A stretch of 64,000 nt of DNA from an uncultured Actinomycetota bacterium (GCA_963753435.1 CAVWCF010000001.1:512001-576000); one strand, 5' to 3'; positions 31,176 to 43,401 are shown, counted from the stretch's first letter. Numbers and translations are program-made. Notes: generated by a model from the sequence alone, not told the origin.

Positions 31176-33789
31176 TCAGGCCGAACCCAAGCGCGATCCG
31201 GACGGCGCCAAGTGCGGCCGTCCGTCGATCTGGTTGTCCTCGAACATCTGCGTGATCGCGTCCGCCGGCATCGGACGAGCGAACACGAACCCCTGTCCCC
31301 GGTCGCACCCCATTGCCTTCAGCAATTGCACCTGCTCGGCGTTCTCCAGGCCCTCGGCCACGGTCCGCAACTGCAGGGTCCGGCCCAGTTCCACGATGGT
31401 TCGCGCCAGTTCGGCCTGATCGGACTCACACCCGACGTGCTCGATGAATGCTCGGTCGATCTTCAGCACGTCGACGGGGAACCGGGAGAGGTAGGACAGA
31501 GACGAGTAGCCGGTGCCGAAGTCGTCGACGGCGATACGCACGCCCAACGTCTTCAGCCGACTCATGATCTGCTCAACCTCTTCGGTGCGCTCCATGAACA
31601 CCGTCTCGGTGACCTCCAAGGTCAGCGTGCTCAAGGGGACGTGATTCTGCCCAGCCAGGTCGTGCAGTTTGCGCGGCAGGTCACGCTGCACCTGGTGTGC
31701 AGACAGGTTCACCGCTACCCGGAACGGCCGACCATCCGGGGAGAACCGCTGCCATAGCCCCGCCTGCTTCAGGCTCTCCGCCAAGGCGAAGTCACCCAGT
31801 TCGGTGACAAGGCCCTTGTCCTCGGCAAGCTCGATGAAGTTCGCCGGAAGCACCAGGCCGCGCTCGGGATGCTGCCACCGGAGCAGCGCCTCCACCCCGG
31901 TCACGGCGAAGGACTGCAGGTCGACCACGGGCTGGTAGTGCAGCACCAGCTGGTTGCCGCGCACCGCGTCCCGCAGGTCCTCCACGGTCTTGAGTTCGGC
32001 CACGATCTCGCGGTGCATGGACTCCTCGAAGCGCACGAACGTGCTGGAGCCGGCGGTCTTGGCGCGATACATCGCAACGTCGGCGTTCTGCAGCAGCCGT
32101 TCGGCCGTCTCGTCGCCGCGTGTGGTTCACCGCGATCCCGGTGGACCCGCCGATGCGAACGCTGCGCTCACCCAGGCGGAAGTCACTGCTGAGGACCCGC
32201 TGAACACGCTGCGCTGCCCACAGAGCGGCATCGGCAGCATCCGGCCCGGTCACCAGCATCCCGAACTCGTCACCGCCCAGCCGGGCGACCAGGTCTCCAG
32301 GACGAACGCAGTTGCGTAGCCGCTGGGCCACCAGGACCAACAGTTCATCGCCCACGTCGTGGCCCTGGGAGTCGTTGACGCCCTTGAAGCCGTCCAGATC
32401 GCAGAAGAGCACCGCGACTGAACCGGGGTTGCCCTGGGCGAGTTCGGCCTCGACACGGCTGCGGAAGAGGGAGCGATTGGCGAGCCCGGTGAGCACGTCG
32501 GAGAACGCCTGCCGGGACAACTCATCCTGCAGTTGGCGCCGCTCGTGAACGTCACGGATGTTCAGCACGATCCCGCGGATGTCCGCGTCCCGCAGTAGCG
32601 ACGTGACCGCCGTCTCGGTGTGCAACCAGTTCCCGTCGGCGCACCACAGTTGCATTGACGCGGTCCCGACCAGGCCGTCGCGGAAGGCGGCCTGGCTCAG
32701 CAGCGCGGAGAACGCGCGCGACTCGTCCGGACGCAGGAACTCGGTTAGCACCCGGCCGGCGAGGTCGGTCGGATCGTGTCCGAACATCCCGGTGACGGCG
32801 GGTGATACGTACCTGATGGTGCCCCTGTCGTCGATCACACAGACCACGTCGGACGCGTTCTGGACCAGGGTACGAAACCACTTCTCCCGGGTCCCGAGGT
32901 CAAGCGTGCGCTGGGCCACCCGGCTGTCCAGCGTCCGGCTCATCTCGAGGGCATCCAGGCGCGCCATCACCACACCGGCCAGCAACAGCACGAGCATCGC
33001 GATTGCCAGCGTCGTCGTCACCGGCGACACCGGGAAGCCGGCCAACACCGCTACCACCCAAAGGAATCCGGACAGGACCAGAGGTAGCAGCGGGGCCATC
33101 ACTGCAGCACGCTCACGCCACCGGATCTCCTGCTCGGTGTCCATCTCATCGGCGGGCCGGCAGGCGGCAAGGGTGACCAGCGCCTGGCCGGAGGCGGCCA
33201 CCACTAGAGCCGGAGTCACCGTTTGCAGGCCTTGGGCCAGTCCTGCGGCAGCCAAGGCGGCGCCGGATACATGCACAGCCTCCCCGACCACCAGCGGCGC
33301 GAGGCTGCGCAGCGGCAGGCCCCCAGCCGGCCGGGATCGAACCAGGACGAGGACGATCGACGCACCAACCACGATCGCCACGGTCGCTTCAGCCAGGACC
33401 AATGCGGCCTCAGACAGGCTCAGCCCGCCCAAGCGGGCCGGTAGCACCAACTGCCAGACCAGCAGACCCAGGCCGAGGGCGGCCGCGCCTGTGTCCAGCA
33501 CTACCTGCGCACCGCGCCGCGAACCGTCGCCGCGATGCGGCAACTTGAGCAACCCCGCGGCAACCAGGACACCAGCCGCAACCTGCGCCAAGTCGCCGAT
33601 CCGAGCCGGCGCGGCGAAGTCCCCTACGGCCAGAGCCAGCGAAGCGGCCCAGGCTGCCTGCAGGGCACTCGCCACGGCCAGCAGTCGCCACGCGGTCGCG
33701 GCGTCGGAGTCCCGGCGGGAACGCACGACGCAGGCGAACGCAGCAACCATGCCGCTGACCGTCAGGGTCGCGGCGAACAGGACCCCCAC
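31176..33789 (-). CDS. membrane PAS-GGDEF-EAL c-di-GMP enzyme, apparent frameshift near 32118
   Basis: TM region, PAS, DVLTGLANR, DLDGFK, RLGGDEF in one frame; GDETAERLLQNADVAMYRAK, EALLRW, DDFGTGYSS in another. Confidence 0.88.
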
Positions 33790-33831
33790 GCTGGCTGCGT
33801 CGGCAGTACCGGAGCAACAGTTGCGCCGACG

Positions 33832-35202
33832 TCACCCGTTCGGCGCAGCGGCGTTTCGCAGGGCAGTGGCGAGTTCCGGGCTGACGTGCGCGCGCAACCG
33901 GGTGCCCGAATCGGTGTGCTCGATCTGGAGAATCTCACCTGTCTCGTGTGCGCGGGCCACCAGATCGCCGCGGGGGTAGGGGACGACCACGTCCACCAAC
34001 TCCCCCGGATCCGGCAGCATCGCGTGCAGGGCATCGGCGAGGGACTCCAGGCCCGCTCCGGTACGGGCCGAAACAGCTACCGAGCCCGGTTCGGTGGCCA
34101 GCAACCTGGCTACGACCTGTTCGGATGCCAGGTCGGTCTTGTTGAACACGATCAGTTCCGGCACCGATGCCGCGTCAACGTCGGCGAGCACCTCCCGCAC
34201 CGCGAGGATCTGACCCGTCGGGTCCTCGTCAGCGGCATCGACAACGTGCACGACGACATCCGCACCAGCGACCTCTTCCAGCGTGGACCGGAAGGCCTCC
34301 ACCAGTTGGTGCGGCAGGTGCCGAACGAAACCGACCGTGTCGACGAGGGTCAGCTCCCGACCATGAACGCTGGCCCGGCGGACCGTGGGGTCGAGCGTGG
34401 CGAACAGCGCGTCCTCCACAAGGACCCCGGCGCCGGTGAGCCGGTTGAGAAGGCTGGACTTGCCGGCATTGGTGTACCCGGCGATGACTACCGAGGGCAC
34501 TTGATTGCGTCGACGCTGCGACCGCTGGGTGACGCGCGCGGTCTGCATGTGCCGGATCTCCCGACGCAGTTTGGCCATGCGGCTGCGAATCCGACGACGA
34601 TCGGTCTCGATCTTGGTCTCACCGGGCCCGCGACTACCGATCCCAGCGCCGCCGGCCACCCGGCCACCGGCCTGACGGGACATGGAGTCACCCCAACCAC
34701 GCAACCGGGGCAGCAGGTACTCCATCTGCGCCAGCGCCACCTGCGCCTTGCCCTCCCGGCTGCGGGCGTGCTGGGCGAAGATGTCCAGGATCAGCGCCGT
34801 GCGGTCGACGACCTTCACGCCGACCACGTCCTCCAGCTGGATGCGCTGCCCGGGGGTGAGTTCGCCGTCGCAGATGACCGTGTCCGCCCCGGTGGCCATC
34901 ACGACCTCGCGGAGTTCCTTGGCCTTGCCGGACCCGATGTAGGTGGCCGGATCCGGTTTGTCCCGGCGCTGGATCAGCCCCTCCAGCACCTCCGACCCGG
35001 CTGTCTCCGCCAGCGCCGCCAGTTCCCGCAGTGAGCGGTCGGCCGACTCCGCGGTGCCTTCGGTCCATACACCCACCAGGACGACGCGCTCCAAGCGCAA
35101 CTGCCGGTACTCGACCTCGCTGACGTCGGCGAGCTCGGTCGACAACCCCGCCACGCGCCGCAGCGCCTGGCGGTCTTGCAGATCCTGAGTGGGCTCGCTC
35201 AT
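33832..35202 (-). CDS. hflX: GTPase HflX
   Basis: GYTNAGKS, LFATLD, DTVGF, NKTD. Confidence 0.96.
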   Translation of the reverse strand: MSEPTQDLQDRQALRRVAGLSTELADVSEVEYRQLRLERVVLVGVWTEGTAESADRSLRELAALAETAGSEVLEGLIQRRDKPDPATYIGSGKAKELREVVMATGADTVICDGELTPGQRIQLEDVVGVKVVDRTALILDIFAQHARSREGKAQVALAQMEYLLPRLRGWGDSMSRQAGGRVAGGAGIGSRGPGETKIETDRRRIRSRMAKLRREIRHMQTARVTQRSQRRRNQVPSVVIAGYTNAGKSSLLNRLTGAGVLVEDALFATLDPTVRRASVHGRELTLVDTVGFVRHLPHQLVEAFRSTLEEVAGADVVVHVVDAADEDPTGQILAVREVLADVDAASVPELIVFNKTDLASEQVVARLLATEPGSVAVSARTGAGLESLADALHAMLPDPGELVDVVVPYPRGDLVARAHETGEILQIEHTDSGTRLRAHVSPELATALRNAAAPNG

Positions 35203-36044
35203 GAGTGGGCCGCCACCCAATCCGCGTCTAGTTCACCGCGCGCCAACAGCACCGCCGGTCCGGTCAGTAGGGCGTGCCCGTCAGTCCGGACCGTGACGGC
35301 CACGGTGCCGCCGGGAACGTCCACCTGGTAGGTCGCGGGCAACTCCACTCCGTCGCGGCGCATCGCGGCCCAGGCCGCCGCACAGGCCCCGGTGCCGCAG
35401 GACAGGGTCTCGCCGACACCGCGTTCAAAGACTCGCATGGCGATGTGCCCGCCGCCGCCGGTCACGAACTCGACGTTTACCCCCTCCGGAAACGCGGTCG
35501 GCGGGGCAACGTCCGGCGCATTCAGCAAGTCGCCGGCGTCCGTCAAGTCCTCGACGAACGTGACCGCATGCGGGTTGGGCACGAAAACCGCGGACGCCGC
35601 CCATTCCCGGGCGCCCACGCGCACCGAGACCTGCTCGCCACTTCGGACTTGCCCCATATCGACGGTGACCTGGCCACTGCCCTGGGCCTGACAGGTCCGG
35701 GTCCCCCCACGGGTCGCCAGCTCAAACTCGCCCGGCTGCACCAGGCCCTCGGCCACCAGGAACCGCGCTACGACCCGGGCGCCGTTGCCGCACATCTGCG
35801 CGATGGACCCGTCCGCGTTTCGGTAGTCCATGAAGAACTCTGCCGACCCCACGTCACGCGCGTCGGGCTCCAACGCGGTCGGCACGATGCGGAGTACGCC
35901 ATCGGCGCCGAGGCCGAACCGGCGGTCGCAGATCGCGGACACCAGCCGGTCGGTCAAGATGCGGGACCCGTCAAGGTCGGGAATGACCACGAAGTCGTTG
36001 CCGGTGCCCTCGCCCTTGAGGAACGGCCACGCCACAGCAGTCAT
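35199..36044 (-). CDS. dapF: diaminopimelate epimerase
   Basis: GNDF, NADGS..QMCGNG, NPH, ERGVGETLSCGTG. Confidence 0.95.
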   Translation of the reverse strand: MTAVAWPFLKGEGTGNDFVVIPDLDGSRILTDRLVSAICDRRFGLGADGVLRIVPTALEPDARDVGSAEFFMDYRNADGSIAQMCGNGARVVARFLVAEGLVQPGEFELATRGGTRTCQAQGSGQVTVDMGQVRSGEQVSVRVGAREWAASAVFVPNPHAVTFVEDLTDAGDLLNAPDVAPPTAFPEGVNVEFVTGGGGHIAMRVFERGVGETLSCGTGACAAAWAAMRRDGVELPATYQVDVPGGTVAVTVRTDGHALLTGPAVLLARGELDADWVAAHS

Positions 36045-37024
36045 GTGCCGATGCTACGAGTAGCGACCGGCTGCGGCGGTTCGGCAGCGGGCCCGGTCAG
36101 TCCAGCCAGCGCGCGTTGCAGCAAATCCGCATCGTCGTGCGGCAGCCAGTGCACTCGCGGGTCCCGGCGAAACCACGCCATCTGGCGCCGCGCGAACCGG
36201 ATCGTCGCCTGGGTCGTCTCGAGCTGGGCTGCCTGCTCATCGATCTCTCCGGACAGGAACCGAAGGACCTGCGCGTAGCCAAGCGCCGTTCTTGCCGTCC
36301 GCCCGTTGGTGAGGCCGGCCGCCGCCAGCGCGCGAACCTCCTCGACGAGGCCATCGGCCCACATTCGCTGCACCCGGGCGGCGATCCGGGACTCGATTAC
36401 GTCGCGGCCGGCGGAAAGGCCGATCCGATGGTGGGCCAGCAGCGTCCGCTCCACCGGCGGCGGCAACGTCGCGCGGAACGGCCTGCCGGTGAGCTCGATG
36501 ACCTCCAGGGCCCGGACGATTCGTCGCCCGTTGCCATCGTTGATTGCCGCCGCAGCGACCGGGTCGAGCCGTGACAGCTCGGCGTGCAGGACCACCGGGC
36601 CCAGATCCGCCAGTCGTTGCTCCCACCGGTCCCGCACCGCCGGGTCCGTACCGGGGAAGTCCAAGGCATCCGTGACCGCGTCGGTGTACAGCCCCGATCC
36701 GCCGACGAGGACCGCGCTCTTTGCCCTGTTAGTCAGGTCGGAGATGACCGCCCGCGCGGCGACCTGGAACTCAGCCACCGATCCCGCCTCAGCGACATCC
36801 AGGACGTCCAACAGGTGGTGTGGAACGCGCCGCTGCGCCGCGGGGACCTTGGCCGTTCCGATGTCCATACCGCGATAGACCTGCATCGCGTCGGTGTTGA
36901 CCACCTCGCCGTCAATGGCCTCCGCGATCGCGATCGCGAGGTCGGACTTGCCGACGGCCGTTGGTCCAACGACCGCGACCACGATCCCGGGCGGAATCGG
37001 CTGCTGCGGCAGCGGCGTGGTCAT
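36041..37024 (-). CDS. miaA: tRNA dimethylallyltransferase
   Basis: GPTAVGKS, DAMQVYRGMDIGTAK, ARRQMAWF. Confidence 0.96.
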   Translation of the reverse strand: MTTPLPQQPIPPGIVVAVVGPTAVGKSDLAIAIAEAIDGEVVNTDAMQVYRGMDIGTAKVPAAQRRVPHHLLDVLDVAEAGSVAEFQVAARAVISDLTNRAKSAVLVGGSGLYTDAVTDALDFPGTDPAVRDRWEQRLADLGPVVLHAELSRLDPVAAAAINDGNGRRIVRALEVIELTGRPFRATLPPPVERTLLAHHRIGLSAGRDVIESRIAARVQRMWADGLVEEVRALAAAGLTNGRTARTALGYAQVLRFLSGEIDEQAAQLETTQATIRFARRQMAWFRRDPRVHWLPHDDADLLQRALAGLTGPAAEPPQPVATRSIGT

Positions 37025-37686
37025 GAGCGTGACTCCTGGCTCACCCAGGCCCCGGTCAGATAGCCCACACCGAACGGAGCGTTCAGTTCGGCCGCGACAG
37101 CCGGGCGCCAGGGCCGGTCACGCAGCGCCGCCCCTACCGCCCGCCACACGTGCACGCCGTCGGCCAGCAACTGGGTCCCCAGTTCCGTGTCCAAGGCCGC
37201 AAGCCCGACCGGGTCAGCCTCCCCAACGGCGGCCAAGACCGCTGCGTCGAAGGTCTCCGCGCGCGGGTCCAGCGAACCTGGGGCAGCGTCAGATCGCTTG
37301 GCCGAACCGTCCGCAGCGATTACCAGGCACGCCGACTCGGTCGGCTCGGCCAGCGGGGAGTCGGCGCGCAACTCCTGCACGTGGTCTGCCCTGAGCCCGT
37401 GCCGACGGATAAGTGACTCCGCAACGCCAACCCGCCAGGGCGTGTCGCTGACGTCCAGCCCCACGGCGGACGCAGCCCCACCACCGGCTGGCACAGCGCC
37501 CAGGCCCGCCAGCGTGAACCCCGCCGATTCCGGCTCGGGGGCAGCCAGCAGCAGATGAACGGGCGCGGCCGCCGCCGCAATCGGCGCCAGCGCCCTTGCC
37601 ACCGCGGCGTGCACGGGCTCAACCGCATCCGGTGGCCCGAACACCAACACCGGGGCCACCGGAATGAAAGCAACTGCTGTGAACAC
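37021..37686 (-). CDS. conserved protein, class III extradiol dioxygenase subunit B-like
   Basis: ADGSAKR...APG..DPRAE.FD, PFGVGY; usual position between miaB and miaA. Confidence 0.75.
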   Translation of the reverse strand: MFTAVAFIPVAPVLVFGPPDAVEPVHAAVARALAPIAAAAAPVHLLLAAPEPESAGFTLAGLGAVPAGGGAASAVGLDVSDTPWRVGVAESLIRRHGLRADHVQELRADSPLAEPTESACLVIAADGSAKRSDAAPGSLDPRAETFDAAVLAAVGEADPVGLAALDTELGTQLLADGVHVWRAVGAALRDRPWRPAVAAELNAPFGVGYLTGAWVSQESRS

Positions 37687-39126
37687 TCAGGCGCCCACGG
37701 TGGGCAGCCCGAGGCTCACCGGTCCCCCGCTCGCGGTCGGTCCGCACGAGCCCGCTTCGATCAGATCTCCCGCTCGGGTGCGGCGCACAGCAAGCACGGG
37801 GCCGTCGGCGATCAAGTGGTGCGGCGCGGCCTTCGTGATCGACACCGTGGCGAAATCACCTGGGCGCACTGCCAAGGCCCCCGGCGTGAAATGGACCAAC
37901 CGGTTGTCGGGGCCGCGGCCGGTCATCCTCTGGGTGTCGGTGTCCTTACGCCCGGCGTCGGCGCTGACCAGCAACTCGATCTCGCGACCGACAAGCGCGC
38001 GGTTCTGCTCCCAGGTCACCTCTTCGAGAAGCTGCACCAACCGCTGGTACCGGTTCGCAACCACGTCGGCCGGCACCTGCTCCGGCATCGTCGCAGCCGG
38101 CGTTCCCGGACGCGGGGAGTACTGGAACGTGAACGCGCCCGCAAACCGCGCCTGGCGCACCAGGTCGAGCGTGGCCTCGAAGTCCGCCTCGGTCTCGCCG
38201 GGGAAGCCGACGATGATGTCGGTGGTGATCGCAGCGTCGGGGATGGCAACTCGCACCCGATCCAGGATTCCCAGGAACCGTTCGGCCCGATAACTGCGGC
38301 GCATGGCCGCCAGGATTCGGTCGGAGCCGGACTGCAACGGCATGTGCAGCGACGGCATAACCGCTGCGGTTTGGGCCATCGCGTCGATTACGTCGTCAGT
38401 GAAGTCGCGGGGGTGCGGGCTGGTGAACCTGATGCGTTCGATGCCGTCAACCTGACCCGCGGCGCGCAGCAACGACCCGAAGGCGCGGCGGTCGCCGAAC
38501 TCGACTCCATAGGAGTTGACGTTCTGACCGAGCAAGGTCACCTCGACAACCCCTTCGGCTGCCAGCGCGGCGATTTCCGCCAGGACATCTCCGGGTCTGC
38601 GGTCCTTCTCCACCCCGCGCAGGCTGGGAACGATGCAGAACGAGCAGGTGTTGTTGCACCCGACGGAGATCGACACCCACGCCGAGTACGCGGACTCGCG
38701 CCGGGCCGGCAACGTGGATGGAAACGTCTCCAGCGATTCGAGGATCTCCACTTGGGCCTCGGACTGCACCCTGGCCCGCTCCAGCAGCACCGGCAATGAG
38801 CCCAGGTTGTGCGTGCCGAACACCACATCCACCCAGGGGGCCCGACGGAGGATCTCCTCCCGGTCCTTCTGCGCCAGGCAGCCGCCCACGGCGATCTGCA
38901 TGCCCGACTGCTGGGCTTTGCGGGGAGCCAGGTGCCCGAGGTTCCCGTACAGGCGGTTGTCGGCATTCTCCCGAACGGCACAGGTGTTGAAGACGACCAC
39001 GTCAGCGACGTTCGGGTCCGCAGCGAGCGCGTAACCGGCGGCCTCCAGGACGCCACCGATGCGTTCGGAGTCGTGCACGTTCATCTGACACCCGTAGGTG
39101 CGGACCTCGTACGTGCGCGTGGACAT
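37687..39126 (-). CDS. miaB: tRNA methylthiotransferase MiaB
   Basis: [25 protein letters not shown] radical SAM, TRAM domain. Confidence 0.96.
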   Translation of the reverse strand: MSTRTYEVRTYGCQMNVHDSERIGGVLEAAGYALAADPNVADVVVFNTCAVRENADNRLYGNLGHLAPRKAQQSGMQIAVGGCLAQKDREEILRRAPWVDVVFGTHNLGSLPVLLERARVQSEAQVEILESLETFPSTLPARRESAYSAWVSISVGCNNTCSFCIVPSLRGVEKDRRPGDVLAEIAALAAEGVVEVTLLGQNVNSYGVEFGDRRAFGSLLRAAGQVDGIERIRFTSPHPRDFTDDVIDAMAQTAAVMPSLHMPLQSGSDRILAAMRRSYRAERFLGILDRVRVAIPDAAITTDIIVGFPGETEADFEATLDLVRQARFAGAFTFQYSPRPGTPAATMPEQVPADVVANRYQRLVQLLEEVTWEQNRALVGREIELLVSADAGRKDTDTQRMTGRGPDNRLVHFTPGALAVRPGDFATVSITKAAPHHLIADGPVLAVRRTRAGDLIEAGSCGPTASGGPVSLGLPTVGA

Positions 39127-39177
39127 CCGCCCCAGATTACGCGGAGGTCCAGCCGGACCCCGAATCACTGAGCCAGG

Positions 39178-40285
39178 TCACGTGCGCAACAGCAACTCCA
39201 CCGACGCGATCATGGTCGCGTACCTGGTCTTGAGGCCATGACTGGTCAGGTGGATGCCGTCGTACTGCCACGACGGGTGCGCCCGAAGCGTCTTGTACCA
39301 GTCCATGACCCAGGTGTTGGGTCGATCGGCGTGGATGTCCCGGATCACCGTGTTGATCATGAGCGCGTTGTGCTGCTGCCGGGACAGGAGCGGACCCGGC
39401 TTGGTGCGCCAAATGGTCGGCCAAACGATGTTGGTGTCAGCACCGGCCCACAGTTGCGCCGCGAATATGTCCTGGCGCACCTGATACGGGCTGAAGATGT
39501 CGTTGTTGCCAAGGGCGAAGATGACCGTGGGTGGAATGGGAACCTTCTGCTCCTTGGCGCGGCGCACCAGATCCTTCACCCGACCACTGCCCTGGGACAG
39601 GATGCAGGGAACCAACCCGCCGTTGGTGAGCGCGGTGTTCATGCCACTCCAGTCGCGGCTGGTGATCGAGTCCCCCAGCACCAAGACACCCCGCGGCGAA
39701 GCGGCGGCCTTGTTGCACTGCGAGACCGAGGAGCGCTTCAACCAGTAGTCCTGGGTGCCGCCCCAAGCGCCGGCAGCGATGGCCTGCTCGCCGAGCTTGG
39801 ACATGATTCGACTGCCTGCGGACTCCCCGGATATGTAGCCGGGCCAATACACGCGCGAGCCAAATGCGGAGTCGTGGGATCCGATCAGTCGCTTGCGCGG
39901 TTGGTTGCCGTACCAGAGTCGCACCTGGCTGGTGGTTCCCGGAACCGCGACGACCACGGTGTCCGGCCGACGGCTGAGCGGCAGCGTCTTCCAGTGGTCC
40001 AGCGCCCGAGCGACGTTGAACGCGGTGTTGCGGACCACGCAGGCGGGGCGACCGTTATTCCACGTCCATCGCTGCAGCCTGGGCATGTGCGACGTGTACA
40101 TGCGCTCGTCGGTGTAAACGAGCATGCCGCCGGGGTACTGCGTGGCATGGCGCAGGCAGGCGTCCAGGGAACGGCCCCACATGTCCAGAGACGGCGGCGT
40201 TGACGGCCTGGGCCGGGATCGCGCTCAGCAAGCCGGCCACGAGGCCCAGCGCCAGCGTCGAGACCAGTACTGCCAATCGGCGCAT
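39178..40285 (-). CDS. secreted SGNH/GDSL hydrolase-like protein, apparent frameshift near 40200
   Basis: GDSI, LGNND, DGIH; signal peptide MRRLAVLV...AQA in an adjacent frame. Confidence 0.7.
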
Positions 40286-40347
40286 GCCGAAGCCCACAGA
40301 ACTCATACCCATCAGTCTCGGCCCGTCAAAGGCGAATCTGAACCGGG

Positions 40348-42735
40348 TCAGCCGACCGGCTTGCTTTCGGACTCACCCTCGGGCGCCTGCGCGGCGGCGT
40401 CCGGCGTGGCACCGTTCGCCGCATCACCGTCCAGCGCCTCAGCGTCCAGCAGGCGGTCCTCGGCGCGAATCGCCTCCGGATCAGCCTCCAACTCAAGGTG
40501 CGGCAGCAGCCGATCCAGCCACGCCGGCAGCCACCAGTTGGCCTTGCCGATCAAGGTCATCAGCGCCGGGATGAACGTCAAGCGAATGATGAAGGCATCA
40601 AGAAGCAAGGCGGTCGCCAGCGCAAGGCCGAATAGTTTGATGCTGGGGTCGGTCTCGGCCACGAACGCCAGGAACACGCTGCTCAGGATCAGCGCCGCGG
40701 CCGCGACAACTCGGCCCGACCCGGCGACGCCGCGAAGGACCGACCTGCGGTTGTCCTGCGTGTAGCCCCACTCCTCGCGCATTCGGGACACGAGGAAGAC
40801 GTGGTAGTCCATGGACAGCCCGAACAGGATCGCGAACACGAAGATCGGGGCCCACGGTGGGATGGGGCCGGTCGCCTGGACCCCGATGAGGTCGGCGCCC
40901 CAGCCCCACTGGAAGACAGCCACGATGACGCCGATCGCCGCCCCGAAGCTGAGGACGCTCGAGAGCACACCCGTCAGCGGCACCACGACCGCGCGGAACA
41001 GAGCACCGAGGACCAGGAAGCCCAGGATGACCACGACGGTGATGAACAGGGGCAGCGCGTCCGACAGCACCTTGCCGAAGTCGGCGGTGACAGCCTGCGA
41101 GCCACCGACGAACGTCGTCGCACCACCGTTGGCCTCCGCCGCCGGAATTACGTCCACCCGCAGCCGATCCAGCAGTTCGGCCGTCTCCGCCGACTGCGGC
41201 GACGTGGTCGGGTAGGCGGTGGCGATGGCGGCGGTGGATGCGTCGATGTTCTCCACGTCGCTGGGGAAGGGGGCAGTGACCCCGGCCACCCCCGGGTCTT
41301 CCGAGACCGCCTGCGTCACGATGGCCGCACTGGCCAAGTCCCCGGGCGCGGGCAGTTCCATGACCAACAGGAACGGACCGTTGATGCCCGGGCCATAGCC
41401 CTCGCTCAGCAGTTCGTAGCCGATCCGCGGCGGGCTGCCTTCCGCACGCCCACTGGCGTCTGGGAAGCCCTGGCGGAGGCTGAACGCCGGAATGGCGACG
41501 ATGCCCATGACCAACAACGCGACCAAGACCACCGGGATGGGTCGACCCTGCACCCAATGTCCGTACTTGGCGAAGAAGGTGCCCGCGGGGCGGGCGTCCC
41601 GCCGTCGGGCCCACGGCAGCTTCCAAGCGAACGCCTTGGTCCCCATCCAGGACAGCAGCGCCGGCAGTAGCCACAAGGCGCTGAGGGCAACTGCGGTCAC
41701 CGTGAGAATCGAGGCGGTGGCCAGACCAGTGATGAAGTTGATGTTGAGAATGAATAGGCCGCCAAGTGCCGCGATCACTGTGATCGCGGCCGTGAGCACC
41801 GCTCGGCCAGACGTTTCCACCGTCTCGATCGCCGCCTCGCGCACTCCCCGGCCGGCGTCAACGGAGAACTTCTGGCGGTTAATGACGAACAGCGAGTAGT
41901 CGATCCCGACACCCAGGCCGATCATCGTGGCCAGGGTCGGGGCGAACTCGGGGATGTCGACGAACCGGGTGAAGATGGTGACTGCCGTCAGTCCGGTGAT
42001 CAGACCGAAGAGAGCAGTAACGATCGGGAGCCCGGCGGCGATCGCAGAACCGAAGAGGATCAACAGAATCAGCAGTGCCACACCGATACCGACCAACTCG
42101 GCCACGCCACCTGGCGCCTCGCCCGCAAAGTCGATGAGGGATCCCTGCACGCCCATCTGGATGCTGCCGTCGAACTCCGCGTTGGCAGCGTCAACTATCT
42201 CGATCATCTCGAGAACCTGGGCGGTGTCCACCACGTCATCGACGACCTCGAAGGTCGCGGTGGCATAGGCCACGGTGCCATCCGGGCTCACCGGCGACAG
42301 GAAGTCCCCGGCCGTCCCCGCTGGGTTTCCTTCGGCCGGGTCTGCACCCTGGGCAGCGGCGGCCTCGGCCGCCTGCGCGGCCTGCTCCTCCGCCGCTGCG
42401 GCCGCCTCCTCCGGCGTGACGACGTCGACTACGGCGTCCAGCTGACCGATCTCTTCCAGAACCGGGGCGACCGCTTCGGCGACGGCCGGGTCGGTGGCTG
42501 CGCCGGACTCTGGGCTGTAGACGATCCGGACTTCGCTGTCGAAACCGCTGGCCGCCCCGAACTCCTCCGTCAGGAGGTCCTGGGCCGACTTGCTCTCCGT
42601 GTCCGGCAACTCGAAGGAGTCGTTGAACTCACCGGCGAACCTGCCCGCGAGAACGAAGATCAGCGCCATGAACGCAAACCACATCAATACTGCGGTCTTC
42701 GGGCGGTTGACAGCGAAACGGGAAAGGGGGCCCAT
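40348..42735 (-). CDS. MMPL (RND-superfamily) transporter
   Basis: GLGVGIDYSLF, FGLSMDYHVFL, ~12 TM. Confidence 0.93.
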   Translation of the reverse strand: MGPLSRFAVNRPKTAVLMWFAFMALIFVLAGRFAGEFNDSFELPDTESKSAQDLLTEEFGAASGFDSEVRIVYSPESGAATDPAVAEAVAPVLEEIGQLDAVVDVVTPEEAAAAAEEQAAQAAEAAAAQGADPAEGNPAGTAGDFLSPVSPDGTVAYATATFEVVDDVVDTAQVLEMIEIVDAANAEFDGSIQMGVQGSLIDFAGEAPGGVAELVGIGVALLILLILFGSAIAAGLPIVTALFGLITGLTAVTIFTRFVDIPEFAPTLATMIGLGVGIDYSLFVINRQKFSVDAGRGVREAAIETVETSGRAVLTAAITVIAALGGLFILNINFITGLATASILTVTAVALSALWLLPALLSWMGTKAFAWKLPWARRRDARPAGTFFAKYGHWVQGRPIPVVLVALLVMGIVAIPAFSLRQGFPDASGRAEGSPPRIGYELLSEGYGPGINGPFLLVMELPAPGDLASAAIVTQAVSEDPGVAGVTAPFPSDVENIDASTAAIATAYPTTSPQSAETAELLDRLRVDVIPAAEANGGATTFVGGSQAVTADFGKVLSDALPLFITVVVILGFLVLGALFRAVVVPLTGVLSSVLSFGAAIGVIVAVFQWGWGADLIGVQATGPIPPWAPIFVFAILFGLSMDYHVFLVSRMREEWGYTQDNRRSVLRGVAGSGRVVAAAALILSSVFLAFVAETDPSIKLFGLALATALLLDAFIIRLTFIPALMTLIGKANWWLPAWLDRLLPHLELEADPEAIRAEDRLLDAEALDGDAANGATPDAAAQAPEGESESKPVG

Positions 42736-42867
42736 CAGGGTTCCTCCGGAGCTAAGCGGCGGCGACTTTGCGGCTGGACGGGGATGAGACTTCCGTCCAC
42801 AACGATTGATGAACCTACAACATTCCTGGTCCAGGCCTCACGCACGCTCGCACCCCTCCAGGGAGCC

Positions 42868-43398
42868 TCAAACCCGCGACTCAGCGACCTCTTCGGCGAT
42901 CACCGCGGCCACCACTTCGTACACCAGCGCCGCCGGATACCCCTTGCGGGCCAGGTAGCCGGCCAGTCTGCGTCGTTGCACGTCCGCAGGTAGTCCACGT
43001 AGTGACCCCAGCCGCCGCGCAGCCAGCCGGTGCGCCGTAGCCCGCTCGACGTCCGGCTCCAAGTCGCTGAGGGCGGCCTCGATCTGCTCCGGGCTCACCC
43101 CTTTGGTCCTGAGTTCGTGAGCCAGCGCCCGTCGCGCCAAGCCGCGACCGGTGTGCCGGGACTCGACCCAGTCCATCGCGAAGCGGCCGTCGTCGATGAG
43201 GCCAACCTCACAGAATCGGTCAAGGACACGGTCCGCGGCATCGGTCGGGACACCGCGGCGGGCCAACAACTCGGCCAACTGCGACCTCGTGGCCGGCGAC
43301 CTGGTCAGACGCTGCAACAGAATCGCGCGCGCCACCGACTCGGGATCGCTGGTACCGAAATCCGCCTCGACCGGGCCCGCCGCACCGGGCTCCGGCAT
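42868..43398 (-). CDS. recX: regulatory protein RecX
   Basis: GLIDD..FA..WV, LAHELRTKGV, YLARKGY; directly after recA. Confidence 0.93.
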   Translation of the reverse strand: MPEPGAAGPVEADFGTSDPESVARAILLQRLTRSPATRSQLAELLARRGVPTDAADRVLDRFCEVGLIDDGRFAMDWVESRHTGRGLARRALAHELRTKGVSPEQIEAALSDLEPDVERATAHRLAARRLGSLRGLPADVQRRRLAGYLARKGYPAALVYEVVAAVIAEEVAESRV

Positions 43399-43401
43399 GG
43401 C

